DNA of 64,000 nucleotides from a virus. Its lineage: Duplodnaviria > Caudoviricetes. The stretch is taken from positions 11,164 to 75,163 of the IMG/VR virus record IMGVR_UViG_3300042914_003272; one strand, written 5' to 3'. Both the position numbers and the translations under genes were made by a program. The notes beneath the pieces were generated by a model. That model made no database searches. It saw only the letters and a program-made list of their open reading frames with translations, and was not told where the DNA came from. Below, one piece after another: positions 19,481 to 29,038 of the stretch; positions within the stretch are counted from its first letter, which is position 1, and every line of letters starts with the position of its first letter.

Positions 19481-19657
19481 ATGCGTAATTATGTCTTTGC
19501 CATTCCAGGCAATGTTGGGTACGAGTATATCAAAGCCTCTAATCTAAAAGAGGCAGAAGATATTGCGAATGAAATATGCCGCAATCACTCCTTTTTAGGA
19601 GGGGCGGTGCAGCCTCTGGTGACGGAAGTAGGAAAATCCTACGCTGACTCGAAATAG
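19481..19657 (+). CDS. small hypothetical protein (58 aa)
   Basis: Manual translation MRNYVFAIPG...; GGAG RBS; after class B motif 19433. Confidence 0.55.
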   Translation: MRNYVFAIPGNVGYEYIKASNLKEAEDIANEICRNHSFLGGAVQPLVTEVGKSYADSK

Positions 19658-19709
19658 TTTTTATGGGGGCTACGCCCCTATTTGGTTTGTTGTAATTTAA
19701 GTAGATTGA

Positions 19710-20027
19710 TTGGAGTTTGTTATGGAATTAATTAAATCTGACAAAATTGAAATGGGTGTTTGTTTAATTGATATTTATCGCGCAAGCGGCGATTTATATA
19801 GTAGCTATGACATCGTTAAGCAATCAGAAGATGGTAGCTTTCCAAGGCTGCCAGACGCAAGGTATGGAGTTGACCAACCTGATTACGATGATGAAGACCT
19901 ATCTGATGTTCGACGTAAACCTATCAATATTGAAATCCTGAATGAAACATTTGATAGAAATGGTTGGACTGTTAGAGAAGAATCAGTTATTGGTGATGGC
20001 AAAGTTCTTTGTCATAGACAGTATTAA
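19710..20027 (+). CDS. hypothetical early protein
   Basis: After class A motif 19669; real start likely ATG 19722. Confidence 0.55.
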   Translation: MEFVMELIKSDKIEMGVCLIDIYRASGDLYSSYDIVKQSEDGSFPRLPDARYGVDQPDYDDEDLSDVRRKPINIEILNETFDRNGWTVREESVIGDGKVLCHRQY

Positions 20028-20080
20028 ATAAATTTTATTAGGGGCTACGCCCCTATTTAGTTTGTTGTAGTTTAAGTAAA

Positions 20081-20338
20081 TTGATTGGAGGAATTATGTC
20101 TATTCAAGAAGCGATTGTTAAATCTGGTTTAACAGTTAGACTCTTTGCAGACTGCTGGGACGGAAGTGTTGCTGGACACGCAGAAGAGCCAGCCACAGGA
20201 ACAGAATGGAAAGTAGTGCCAGGAACTCGCACCGAAGCGGGTAGGTATTATCAGGAAGTCAGAATGACTGAAGTTAATCCAAATCATCCTATCCTTCTCA
20301 ACCTTCCAGAAAATTGCTATATAGATGGTGGGTTTTAA
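20081..20338 (+). CDS. hypothetical early protein
   Basis: GGAGG RBS before ATG 20096; after class A motif 20044. Confidence 0.55.
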   Translation: MIGGIMSIQEAIVKSGLTVRLFADCWDGSVAGHAEEPATGTEWKVVPGTRTEAGRYYQEVRMTEVNPNHPILLNLPENCYIDGGF

Positions 20339-20483
20339 TGATTTAGTTTAATCTTTTGGCGGCATAATAGCCCCTATTCCTAGTGTTTTTATACTAAGAA
20401 TAGGGGGCAAGGCTTGCTGATTCAAAATAGTTTTTTATGGGGGCTACGCCCCTATTTAGTTTAATGTAGTTTAAGTAAATTGA

Positions 20484-20963
20484 TTGGAAAATTTGGCTAT
20501 GTCTTTATTAGAAAAAATGGCTGATGCTTCTAGAGCAAACAGAGTATTAGGGATAGATGATCTAGAAGATGCAGCTTGGGAGAAGTTGGGGTATAGAGTT
20601 TATATTCCAAGCCTAATTGGTTGTAGTTCAGAGTATCTTGCGCCTTATCAAGAATTTGGGTTTAATCATCCTAGCAAAAATGAGCAGGTAAAAGCCTGGG
20701 GCAATGTGAAAAAGTCTGTTCGATGGGTAGAAGTCAGAAGTGCCTCAAAAGGGGTTGAAGGATATAAAGTAACTCATAGCCTTCAAGTACATCAAGTTTT
20801 AGATGAAATCCTTTCTTTGATGAAGAAGGACTCTGTATTTGCGGCATCTTTAATGAATGCTTTCCTTGGGTGTTCAGCATTCCCAATGCTAAAAGCAGAA
20901 GGAATTGTTTTTGATGAAGAAATTGCAAAAAAAATGAACAAATATTTTGACGCAACAATTTAA
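20484..20963 (+). CDS. hypothetical early protein
   Basis: After class A motif 20443. Confidence 0.55.
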   Translation: MENLAMSLLEKMADASRANRVLGIDDLEDAAWEKLGYRVYIPSLIGCSSEYLAPYQEFGFNHPSKNEQVKAWGNVKKSVRWVEVRSASKGVEGYKVTHSLQVHQVLDEILSLMKKDSVFAASLMNAFLGCSAFPMLKAEGIVFDEEIAKKMNKYFDATI

Positions 20964-21055
20964 TTCCGTAATTTGTTAGGGGCTACCATGCCCCTTTTCT
21001 TTTGTTACCTTGCGGGTTATAATAACCAATAGCAAAATAAACAGAAGTTAAAGTT

Positions 21056-22216
21056 ATGATAGCTATTCAAATAAAAACCAAGGTTGGGCGGTGTGAGTCG
21101 TGCCACAAATTTCGTAATAACATGGAGTGGCAAGTAGAGAGTAGAGTAGTTTGCATTGACTGCTTTAAAATGCTCAAAAACCAAAAGCTAATAGATGAAG
21201 TAGTTAAACGAGTTGAGAAGGTTGAAGTAGATACAACTAAAACAGGCAAAAAAGTTAAAGAAGATAAGCCTAAAAGAGAAATAACCAACTATAGACAGAC
21301 AGTATTAAACCACCTAAAAAACACTGATAAACCTTTATCTGTCAGAGAGATGTATGCAGATAGAGTATCAAGTAAAGTCACCCTGGAAAGATGGTTGAAA
21401 GTCTTACTGGCAAGTGGTGAAATAGTAACTATGAAGTCTACAGCCAGAGCCTATTACATAGATGCTGATAGAAAAGATTTACTTGATGAGTATATAGAAA
21501 GTCTTAAACCAAAGAAAAAGACAACTTTACCTGATGAAATATTAAAAAGATTAAAAAGTTTATCACGTCCATCTACTGCATCCCAAATTAATGAGGAGAA
21601 AACTTGGGTCAAAAAGTCTGTTTATACTGCACTAGTTAAGTTGGTCGAAACTGAAAAAGTTGTTTTTATTAAGCTCAATAAAGTTAAAAAAATCTATATT
21701 GACACTGACAGAAAACATTTACTTGATGAATTTAACCAATATAAGAAGGTAGATGTTTTAGGTGGAAACAGAAAAAAAGCCTTAGATTTTATTAATTCAA
21801 ATAATAGAGTTACTTATATAAAAGATTTAACTAATGTATTAAGGGCGGATAAAAGTACATCTTTAAGGGTGGTTCATGAACTCATAGAATTAGGGTTAGT
21901 TAAATGCGCGAAGGGTAGAAGACACAATGCCGCTTTGGTTATTGTGCCAATCAATAATGAACATCTACTTGAACAATTTGAATTTGTAACTTACGACTCA
22001 ACAGAAAATATATTAAGAAGGTTTATGGAAGAAGGTAATGCGGTAACATTAGACCAGTGTTATTTTGTTGTTGGCTGCAAGTCTGGTAGTGGTGGGACTA
22101 GAAGATATGTTCGGAGGCTTTTAAAAGAATGGAAGTGTGAAATATCTGAACTAAATGGAGTTAAAACTTACCGTTTACCTTGCCTCTATCCTCTTTCTGA
22201 CCCCAGCAGCTTGTAA
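21056..22216 (+). CDS. Zn-finger + tandem winged-HTH DNA-binding protein
   Basis: CxxC..CxxC N-terminus; repeated wHTH-like units ending YIDADRKDLLDEY / YIDTDRKHLLDEF; very basic. Confidence 0.6.
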   Translation: MIAIQIKTKVGRCESCHKFRNNMEWQVESRVVCIDCFKMLKNQKLIDEVVKRVEKVEVDTTKTGKKVKEDKPKREITNYRQTVLNHLKNTDKPLSVREMYADRVSSKVTLERWLKVLLASGEIVTMKSTARAYYIDADRKDLLDEYIESLKPKKKTTLPDEILKRLKSLSRPSTASQINEEKTWVKKSVYTALVKLVETEKVVFIKLNKVKKIYIDTDRKHLLDEFNQYKKVDVLGGNRKKALDFINSNNRVTYIKDLTNVLRADKSTSLRVVHELIELGLVKCAKGRRHNAALVIVPINNEHLLEQFEFVTYDSTENILRRFMEEGNAVTLDQCYFVVGCKSGSGGTRRYVRRLLKEWKCEISELNGVKTYRLPCLYPLSDPSSL

Positions 22217-23686
22217 CGCTATCGCAGAGGCATCTAAGCAGTCATCATGTGATTTACTTCCAAAGTTTACAAGCTCATCTATAACTTCATCTTTGAGCTT
22301 GAACTTATATTTATTGTACCTCACCACCCCAGAGGCGTAAGCCCCACTGATTGATAGGAGATGGGCTAACTTATCTCCCTTCAGTCTGTAGGGGTAACAG
22401 TTGATGTCGTATAAACCTTTTTCGTTAACAACATAACGTTGAAAGTCTCCCTGCAAAGATGACTGATAAGCTACTGACTCAACGTAAATGTTGAATGGTA
22501 CACCATCTTCATACCATTCTTCATACATTCCCAATAAGGCATCTAGTATCTGTAAGTTACCTTGCCATTTACCTCTACGGTAATCAAGGAAATAAAATTT
22601 ACCATCCAATACTCCCAATAACATCATCACTGTGTAGTCTGCTTTCTGTTTTAAACTAGCAGCTAAATCTACACCAACAACATAATTATCAAACTCAGTG
22701 GGAATGTTTTCAAAGTAAATCCATCCTGGTTCTAAACCAATATCTTCCAGTGGAACAATTGTATTCTGGTATTGGTAGGCAAACGCCAAGGGGTCTTCTT
22801 GTCTACGTCCTTGCAAAACTTCTAGCTTTAACCATTCTTCCCAAAAGCTATACTCATTTCCCTCTTCATCTATGAGTATTGCGCTTTCCTGAATTTGATA
22901 CCATCCCTTGTCAGGGGTAAAAGCAGTGCAGTGAATATCATCAGGACGGAATCTAGTACCCAAAGAAAGTTTACGCCCTCCTGGTAGCAACGTAGGGTTA
23001 ATAGAAGATGATACCAACTTTTCTAGTTTAACCCTGGCTTCTCCTGTAGCCATTTCATCTACTGATTTAATTAAGTCATCAAAAATTACTAGGTTAAAGC
23101 GTTTACTGACAATACCACCCTTTACGCCAGCAGCAATCATGGTAAATCTCTCAGTGCCACTAGATTTAATACCAGCGTAACTAAAATCTATAGCCCAATA
23201 GCTGTCAGCCCATCGGTGTTTTGCTGGGATAACTGTAGGGAATACTTCTTGGTATTCTGGACTACTTATAATATCTTTTATAGCAGCAGATTTAGCACGA
23301 GCTAATTCAATACTGTTACTTACATATAGTATTTGTAATACTCTTTTAGCTAATGCGTGTTTACCTATAGACCACGCAAGAAATAGACCCAATACTGTAG
23401 ACTTAGCACTTCCGCGTGGGGCGAGTAAATCTATGTCTACACCTGCTATACCTACAAGATTCTCACTATCTTTTCCTGTAATCCAATGTTTTACCCACCC
23501 CAGATGGTGTTTGGCTAGAACAATAGGACGCTCAGAGTTACGGGTAACATATTCACAGAAGAATGGAAACTCATTCTGTGCTTTTACCATTTCTTCTGAT
23601 GGTGCTGTAATCATAGCCTCACGGGCTTTATCTTTAGCTCGTTCTCTAGCAGCATCCCGTTGTGTTCTTAGTAGTTGATTAGCCAT
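22175..23686 (-). CDS. terL: terminase large subunit
   Basis: LAPRGSAKST Walker A, LVIFDD Walker B, GTRF motif III, VGVDLA and HDDCLDA nuclease motifs. Confidence 0.92.
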   Translation of the reverse strand: MANQLLRTQRDAARERAKDKAREAMITAPSEEMVKAQNEFPFFCEYVTRNSERPIVLAKHHLGWVKHWITGKDSENLVGIAGVDIDLLAPRGSAKSTVLGLFLAWSIGKHALAKRVLQILYVSNSIELARAKSAAIKDIISSPEYQEVFPTVIPAKHRWADSYWAIDFSYAGIKSSGTERFTMIAAGVKGGIVSKRFNLVIFDDLIKSVDEMATGEARVKLEKLVSSSINPTLLPGGRKLSLGTRFRPDDIHCTAFTPDKGWYQIQESAILIDEEGNEYSFWEEWLKLEVLQGRRQEDPLAFAYQYQNTIVPLEDIGLEPGWIYFENIPTEFDNYVVGVDLAASLKQKADYTVMMLLGVLDGKFYFLDYRRGKWQGNLQILDALLGMYEEWYEDGVPFNIYVESVAYQSSLQGDFQRYVVNEKGLYDINCYPYRLKGDKLAHLLSISGAYASGVVRYNKYKFKLKDEVIDELVNFGSKSHDDCLDASAIALQAAGVRKRIEAR

Positions 23687-23752
23687 TGGTTAGTAGTATC
23701 ATAAATAAAGGGGTTAACACCCCAGTAGCAGTGATGTAGTTAAAAGATTAAA

Positions 23753-24364
23753 ATGAAGTTAGCTTTATTGGATAAAGACGGAACTCTTGTCATTTCAGCA
23801 GAAGAAAATGGTTTTATTAATAAGCCAGAACAACAAATTATTAAACCTGGTTCTTTGGATTTAGTAAAAAGATTGCTGTCACAAGATTTTACTTTAGTAA
23901 TTGTCTCTAATCAAGGTGGTGTAGAAAAACGTTTTAAATCTTTGGATACAGTGTTTGATGAAATGATGTATTGCAATAATCTTTTTGTTAAAGAATTAAA
24001 TATGCCTGTGTTTGAAAGAATTTACTTTTGTCCAGATTTTCAAGGAAATACCTGCTATGTTGGAGAAATATCCGGATATTCAACTCATAGTCAGTCATGG
24101 ATTGGTGGGAAGCCTTGGGATTTATCCAATACTTTATCTGCTCAGAAATTAGGGACAAAAGGTAAATTCAGAAAGCCTTGCTCTGGGATGTTAGAACAAG
24201 CAATATGGTATTACTCAAAAAACTCGGTGGACAAAAACAAACTAGAAAAAGTAATCATGATTGGTGACAGAGAAGAAGATAAACAAGCGGCGGAAAATGT
24301 TCAGATTCAGTTCTACTGGATTGAAGAGGCAATAAGTATGGTTAATATTCTGCCTCTTCAATAA
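23753..24364 (+). CDS. HAD-IIIA family phosphatase (GmhB/polynucleotide 3'-phosphatase-like)
   Basis: LLDKDGTL, SNQGG, RKP..GM, MIGDR..D. Confidence 0.85.
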   Translation: MKLALLDKDGTLVISAEENGFINKPEQQIIKPGSLDLVKRLLSQDFTLVIVSNQGGVEKRFKSLDTVFDEMMYCNNLFVKELNMPVFERIYFCPDFQGNTCYVGEISGYSTHSQSWIGGKPWDLSNTLSAQKLGTKGKFRKPCSGMLEQAIWYYSKNSVDKNKLEKVIMIGDREEDKQAAENVQIQFYWIEEAISMVNILPLQ

Positions 24365-24935
24365 CTAACATGGCTGCCCTAGCGGCCTCTGAAATTGCCT
24401 CATAAATGAGAGGATTATCCTTGAATGTTTCTAGGATTTCCTCTTTCATCCTATAAGCACCTGCAAATACTAAGTCTTTTTTATCCTTGATTTGCTGGAA
24501 TTCAGAAACAATTTTTAAAGTGTTGTTCTGTTCCCTGGCAGCAGCAGGTATAAACTTTAGGATTTCAGATGGGGGAATTTTAGACCAATCAGTTTCTTCT
24601 AATTGCGCTACCCCTTTATCCAGAAGTTTACCCATAGTAGCTCCTACCTTACGAGCTAAACCTAAAGACAAGTCAGCACCTTGATATTTCTCTAGGTCTT
24701 TATTATAATCTTGTGCTAACGTTCCTACTTTCTGTTTAGACCTTACCCAGGTTTTTACATAGGTAAAACCAAACACAAAAGGAGTGTCGTTTTCCTTTCC
24801 CCAATCAATTAAAGTTTGGTAAATTTCTTTCTCGCTGGGAGTAGGGGAATACACAATCTCCATTATCATTGAGAAGATTTCATTAGGGAGATTGTCTACA
24901 TATTCTTGTACTGATTCTACTTTTTGATTTGTCAT
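24342..24935 (-). CDS. putative terminase small subunit
   Basis: Helical 197-aa protein upstream of TerL on the same strand (positional inference). Confidence 0.4.
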   Translation of the reverse strand: MTNQKVESVQEYVDNLPNEIFSMIMEIVYSPTPSEKEIYQTLIDWGKENDTPFVFGFTYVKTWVRSKQKVGTLAQDYNKDLEKYQGADLSLGLARKVGATMGKLLDKGVAQLEETDWSKIPPSEILKFIPAAAREQNNTLKIVSEFQQIKDKKDLVFAGAYRMKEEILETFKDNPLIYEAISEAARAAMLVIEEAEY

Positions 24936-25017
24936 AGTTTAGTTTTAGTCTTATAAAGTATTATATTTGTAAGGCTAACGCCTTAATAATGGTGACGTAA
25001 TCAAGGAATTAGAACTT

Positions 25018-25344
25018 GTGTTGTTAAGAGAAATCCCACTCAACAAAACCCAAACAGTATACCCTTTTCCCTGGTTGCAGGCTAGGGAGCAAAACAATAA
25101 TGACCCTTTAGCCACAGAACTTCTTGATACTGATGTTTCAAGCAAGTTTGTTTACAGTGGGGGATTCTTGATATATTTTCAGCCCTCTGGTAACTGGATA
25201 GTTGTAGCTGAAACAAAATATCCATTTTCACCTGAAGGTTGGATTGTTAGAAATTGGGAATACTGGAATAATGCGATTAATAATGCCGATTCAATAATCA
25301 AGAATGAAGAAATGAGGAAGTTAATAGATTTTCAAGATTACTAG
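25018..25344 (+). CDS. hypothetical protein
   Basis: After class B motif 24974; followed by terminator. Confidence 0.55.
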   Translation: MLLREIPLNKTQTVYPFPWLQAREQNNNDPLATELLDTDVSSKFVYSGGFLIYFQPSGNWIVVAETKYPFSPEGWIVRNWEYWNNAINNADSIIKNEEMRKLIDFQDY

Positions 25345-25379
25345 ATTTAATTGAGGGAGGTTATTACCTCCCGTTTACA

Positions 25380-25895
25380 TTAACTTCTAGCCTTAAACCT
25401 ATTAAATCTATTACTGCCACTGTTAAACCGATTAAATTTATTACCACCACCAAAGAAAGCACTGTTAGCAGCTTGTCTAGCAGCATTAGTAGTTTCAGTT
25501 CTCATTTGGTAATCTCTTTCCATGGTCTCGTCGGCAGCACGCTCTCTTTCTGCCCTATCTGTGTTACGAAAAGCGTAGTTATCATCAGCCAGTTGTTTTT
25601 CAAAACCAAATCGCTGTTGACTCTGACGACGGGTTATTTCATCATCAACATTAGCTTTTCTAATTTGAAACGCATAGCCATCATCAGCTAAGGTCTTTCT
25701 AAAACCAAAGTCTTGGTCAGCTTCTTGTCTTCTAAAGTCAAATGCCTGTTGACCTAGTCTCATGCTATTTTCCAATTGTTGCTGTGCTAAATCCTTTGCT
25801 TGCTGGTGTTGCCTTTTTTGTTGACTGTTCCCAAATAATCCACCAACAACACCGCTTGCAAGCCCACCCAATAAAGCTCCAAAAAAACCAATCAT
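25380..25895 (-). CDS. DNA pilot/ejection-like virion protein
   Basis: N-terminal GALLGGLASGVVGGLFG then Q/A coiled coil with internal repeats. Confidence 0.55.
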   Translation of the reverse strand: MIGFFGALLGGLASGVVGGLFGNSQQKRQHQQAKDLAQQQLENSMRLGQQAFDFRRQEADQDFGFRKTLADDGYAFQIRKANVDDEITRRQSQQRFGFEKQLADDNYAFRNTDRAERERAADETMERDYQMRTETTNAARQAANSAFFGGGNKFNRFNSGSNRFNRFKARS

Positions 25896-25909
25896 ACTCT
25901 ACCCTTTCT

Positions 25910-26761
25910 TTAATTCCAATACTTAAAGTTATACGGATTACTTGACAAGAAAGAGCTATATATTTGTGCTGCTGCTTGACTACTAGAAGCTCTTTGCTTG
26001 TTGATTGAGTCTAATATACCTAAACCAGCGTTAAGATAAAAATCTTGTTTGTTCTTTTCTTTCTGGTTTGCATTTTTCTCTCTTTCTACAAAGTAGTTTG
26101 CATCGGTTTGTTTATTCCTTGCTTCAGCATCTCTATCAGAAGCATATTTACTAGCATCAGCAGATGTAGTAGCACCAAATTTACTAGCCTCAGCAGCAGT
26201 AATAGCACCAAATTTATTAGCATCAGCAGCAGTAGTAGCACCAAATTTACTAGCCTCAGCTTGTGTTTTTGCAACTTCTACATTACCCCCACTAGTAATC
26301 TCTGCTGTTTTTACATTACCCTGACTAGTAATCTCTGCTGTTTTTACATCACCCTCTGTTCTTACTCTTTGCACCCCTAAAGTGGTATCGTTTATTGATT
26401 TTTGCAGAAAACGTTGATTGGCAAAAGAAGCTGCTTGGGACTCTTTTGCTAAATTGCCATAAAATGTTCCCAGTTCTTTTTGGCGTTTAAACAACTCCTG
26501 TTGATATCTAAGATACTGCTCCTCAATATATTTATCTTGCGGAGTTGGTGTATATCTTGTCTGAGACGATTGAGACGGTGGTCTTACTTTGGGTGGTTGA
26601 GGTCTAGCTTGAGTAGTTTTTTTAATTGTGGTTTGTTTTGGAATAGGAGAATAAACTCTTTCAACAACATTACCTTTGGGGTCTATTTTTACTTCGTAGT
26701 CTCCCATCCTAGACCGCTTCCATCCTCTAGCTTTTTCTAGAGCTTCTAGTTGTTTATTCAT
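25910..26761 (-). CDS. ejection-like virion protein with 11-aa repeats
   Basis: GxVKTAEITS x3 and ASKFGAxTAA(D/E) x3-4 repeats. Confidence 0.55.
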   Translation of the reverse strand: MNKQLEALEKARGWKRSRMGDYEVKIDPKGNVVERVYSPIPKQTTIKKTTQARPQPPKVRPPSQSSQTRYTPTPQDKYIEEQYLRYQQELFKRQKELGTFYGNLAKESQAASFANQRFLQKSINDTTLGVQRVRTEGDVKTAEITSQGNVKTAEITSGGNVEVAKTQAEASKFGATTAADANKFGAITAAEASKFGATTSADASKYASDRDAEARNKQTDANYFVEREKNANQKEKNKQDFYLNAGLGILDSINKQRASSSQAAAQIYSSFLSSNPYNFKYWN

Positions 26762-26912
26762 ATTTTACCCCTATTCTATCTACACTTTTCTGAGTAGAAT
26801 AACTTGTGTCTAAACCTGTGCTAGTTGGCGCATCATAAGAGGAAGATTTACCTTTACCTTTTTTAGCTTGCCACATTTTAGATTTGTTTAAAGCTTGTTC
26901 TTTGATTTCCAT
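26754..26912 (-). CDS. small hypothetical protein (52 aa)
   Basis: Manual translation MEIKEQALNKSK...; fills the operon gap, stop overlaps next start. Confidence 0.5.
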   Translation of the reverse strand: MEIKEQALNKSKMWQAKKGKGKSSSYDAPTSTGLDTSYSTQKSVDRIGVKYE

Positions 26913-26915
26913 TTC

Positions 26916-28088
26916 TTACCTTGCTGCTTGATAGATTTGTGCAATGCTATTAGCTACAGATTGAGGCATCTCAGCATACCTTGATAACAAATCAGATGCT
27001 TGCTTTGCTGTAAACTCAGTCATGTAGTTGCGACGGTTAATGTCATCACGCTTTTTGAAGACCTCGGCAGCTTTGTCTTCGTTGCGCTGCCATATTCTGT
27101 TTTCGTAGTCCTCCATTTCCTGCCGACTACGAAAGCCTTTCTGATAGATTGCTTCATCGTAAGGGTTGTAGATTTTTAGATTATCTTCAACCCTAGCGGT
27201 CTCGTTGTTTTGCTTTATTTGCTGTTGACTCATTCTATTTCGTCCATCAAAATCTGTGTTAAACCCTACAGTGTTAGCAACAGCGTCAGCACCACCAGCA
27301 AGAACTCTACCAACACCTTTTGAGAGGTTAGCACCAGTTAGTTGGTCGCCAACAAGAGCTAATGCAGCACCAGCTTTTACTACATTATTGCCAGGAATAG
27401 CATTCCAGACTCTACCAATATTATTTCCAGTGGTACGAAAGCCTCTACCTATGGCTCTTCCTATGTCACCTGGAACTTCTCTCGCAGCCCAGCGAGCAGC
27501 CTCTTCAGGTGTTGCATTTAATAATGGGTCAGCTTGAAATATAGCCTTATTCCTAGCGTAATCGTAAGGAATGTCTTTTAATTCATTGCCAATATTAAGC
27601 ACGGTGTTACCACCAGCAACAACCACGCCCCCTTTAACAATCCAGCCAACTATATTCCCGTTATCATCAACCTCTGCAATATCGCCTGTTCTTTGGTCTT
27701 GTACATATTGAGACATATTATTTTTAACTCCTGTATTTTTACCCCTAACGGCTTCATCTAATCTATCAGCAGTCCATCCCCCGGCAAAACCACCTAAACC
27801 TTGTGTTGCTAATGAAGTACCCAATCCTGCAAGTCCACCGATAGCACCACCAGCAAGTGTTCCTACTCCTGGTGCTAAGGCAGTACCAAGGGCAGCCCCA
27901 ACCTTAGCACCAGCAGCAGTGGCAGCACCAGTGGCGGCTAAACCACCAAGGGTAGAGCCTACAGCACCAGCACCAGCCCGAATATCATCTTCTCCCTGTT
28001 CTTTCCCGCTTTGGTAGTCTATAAAACCACCGACTACAGGCATACCATAATTGAATGCTTTACCTGCTATCCTGCCAAAGTTACCCAT
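26916..28088 (-). CDS. glycine-zipper internal virion protein
   Basis: Extensive GxxxG/AGAxxG segments; 390 aa. Confidence 0.55.
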   Translation of the reverse strand: MGNFGRIAGKAFNYGMPVVGGFIDYQSGKEQGEDDIRAGAGAVGSTLGGLAATGAATAAGAKVGAALGTALAPGVGTLAGGAIGGLAGLGTSLATQGLGGFAGGWTADRLDEAVRGKNTGVKNNMSQYVQDQRTGDIAEVDDNGNIVGWIVKGGVVVAGGNTVLNIGNELKDIPYDYARNKAIFQADPLLNATPEEAARWAAREVPGDIGRAIGRGFRTTGNNIGRVWNAIPGNNVVKAGAALALVGDQLTGANLSKGVGRVLAGGADAVANTVGFNTDFDGRNRMSQQQIKQNNETARVEDNLKIYNPYDEAIYQKGFRSRQEMEDYENRIWQRNEDKAAEVFKKRDDINRRNYMTEFTAKQASDLLSRYAEMPQSVANSIAQIYQAAR

Positions 28089-28488
28089 AATATTGCTCCT
28101 CTTCAGAACGTGGTAACATTTGCATAGCCATTGGTGCTAAAAACATGGCATTTACGCCTAGGTTTAAAGCATTGCCAAAATTCTTCCTAGCAAATTGTCC
28201 TGTATGTGCCACACCCTTACCCATGCGGTAAAGGATTTCATTTTCATCTATAGGTATTTGACTATTAGGCGCAACAAAACTTGCGTACCATCTAGCAGCA
28301 TCTTTTTGTGCTTCTGCCATATACTTAGCAGCGTCATCAGCAGTGAATAAACCATTAACATTCAATTCTTTAGCAACTGCTTTGGTAACATGGTCAACAT
28401 ACTCCTCACCAATTCTTCTACCCATTTGACTACGGGCAATGTCATCAGCTACAGAAGCAAATCCTCTTCCTACACTTCCCCAGTTCAT
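28081..28488 (-). CDS. hypothetical virion protein
   Basis: Coupled ORF with C-terminal hydrophobic segment. Confidence 0.5.
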   Translation of the reverse strand: MNWGSVGRGFASVADDIARSQMGRRIGEEYVDHVTKAVAKELNVNGLFTADDAAKYMAEAQKDAARWYASFVAPNSQIPIDENEILYRMGKGVAHTGQFARKNFGNALNLGVNAMFLAPMAMQMLPRSEEEQYYG

Positions 28489-29033
28489 TGATAGCCCTCC
28501 ATTCCAGGTTGTTGATTAAGAAAGTCTTGCAATGCTTGATAAGTTAATATCTGTTGGGCAGTGCGGTTAGTGGTGTACTTCATAAACTTATCCCGCTCTT
28601 CCTCATTAAGTTCTGGTATTTGAACTTGGTTAGACTGCTGTATTCCAGGTTGTATTTCCAGAATAGGTTGATTAGTTCCTTGAGTAACTTCAACAATTCT
28701 TTGAGGTGGTTGTTCGATATACTCATCAGGTTTTAAATTAGTTAATCCCATTGAGAGGAAATCAATAGCCCCTCCTACTGGATTACCAATTAAATTATTT
28801 ACTACGGTACCGCCAGCTAACGCAGCAGCAGCACCATAGGGATTATCAACTGCAAACTCTAAGGCATTACCAATGCCAGGTTGTTGTCCTAACCAAAAGG
28901 ATGCTTTGTCAGCATTACCATAATACTCTTGAGGAATATGAGGACGGGTAGCATACATTCTTCCGTCCTTAATGGCATTTCCATACCTTTTAAAAGCAAC
29001 TTGTGGGTTTATTTCTCTACCAAATATTTGCAT
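28485..29033 (-). CDS. hypothetical virion protein
   Basis: Coupled ORF with Gly/Ala hydrophobic segment. Confidence 0.5.
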   Translation of the reverse strand: MQIFGREINPQVAFKRYGNAIKDGRMYATRPHIPQEYYGNADKASFWLGQQPGIGNALEFAVDNPYGAAAALAGGTVVNNLIGNPVGGAIDFLSMGLTNLKPDEYIEQPPQRIVEVTQGTNQPILEIQPGIQQSNQVQIPELNEEERDKFMKYTTNRTAQQILTYQALQDFLNQQPGMEGYQ

Positions 29034-29038
29034 AATTA

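Larger units (their letters stand above)
19393..20414. repeat. 43-bp direct repeat (hairpin) at 19393 and 20372
   Basis: CCCTATTCCTAGTGTTTTTATACTAAGAATAGGGGGCAAGGCT twice. Confidence 0.85.

Noticed and set aside
11495-20470. Repeated motifs as a CRISPR array
   Set aside because: Repeats are separated by whole genes of variable length and there are no cas genes
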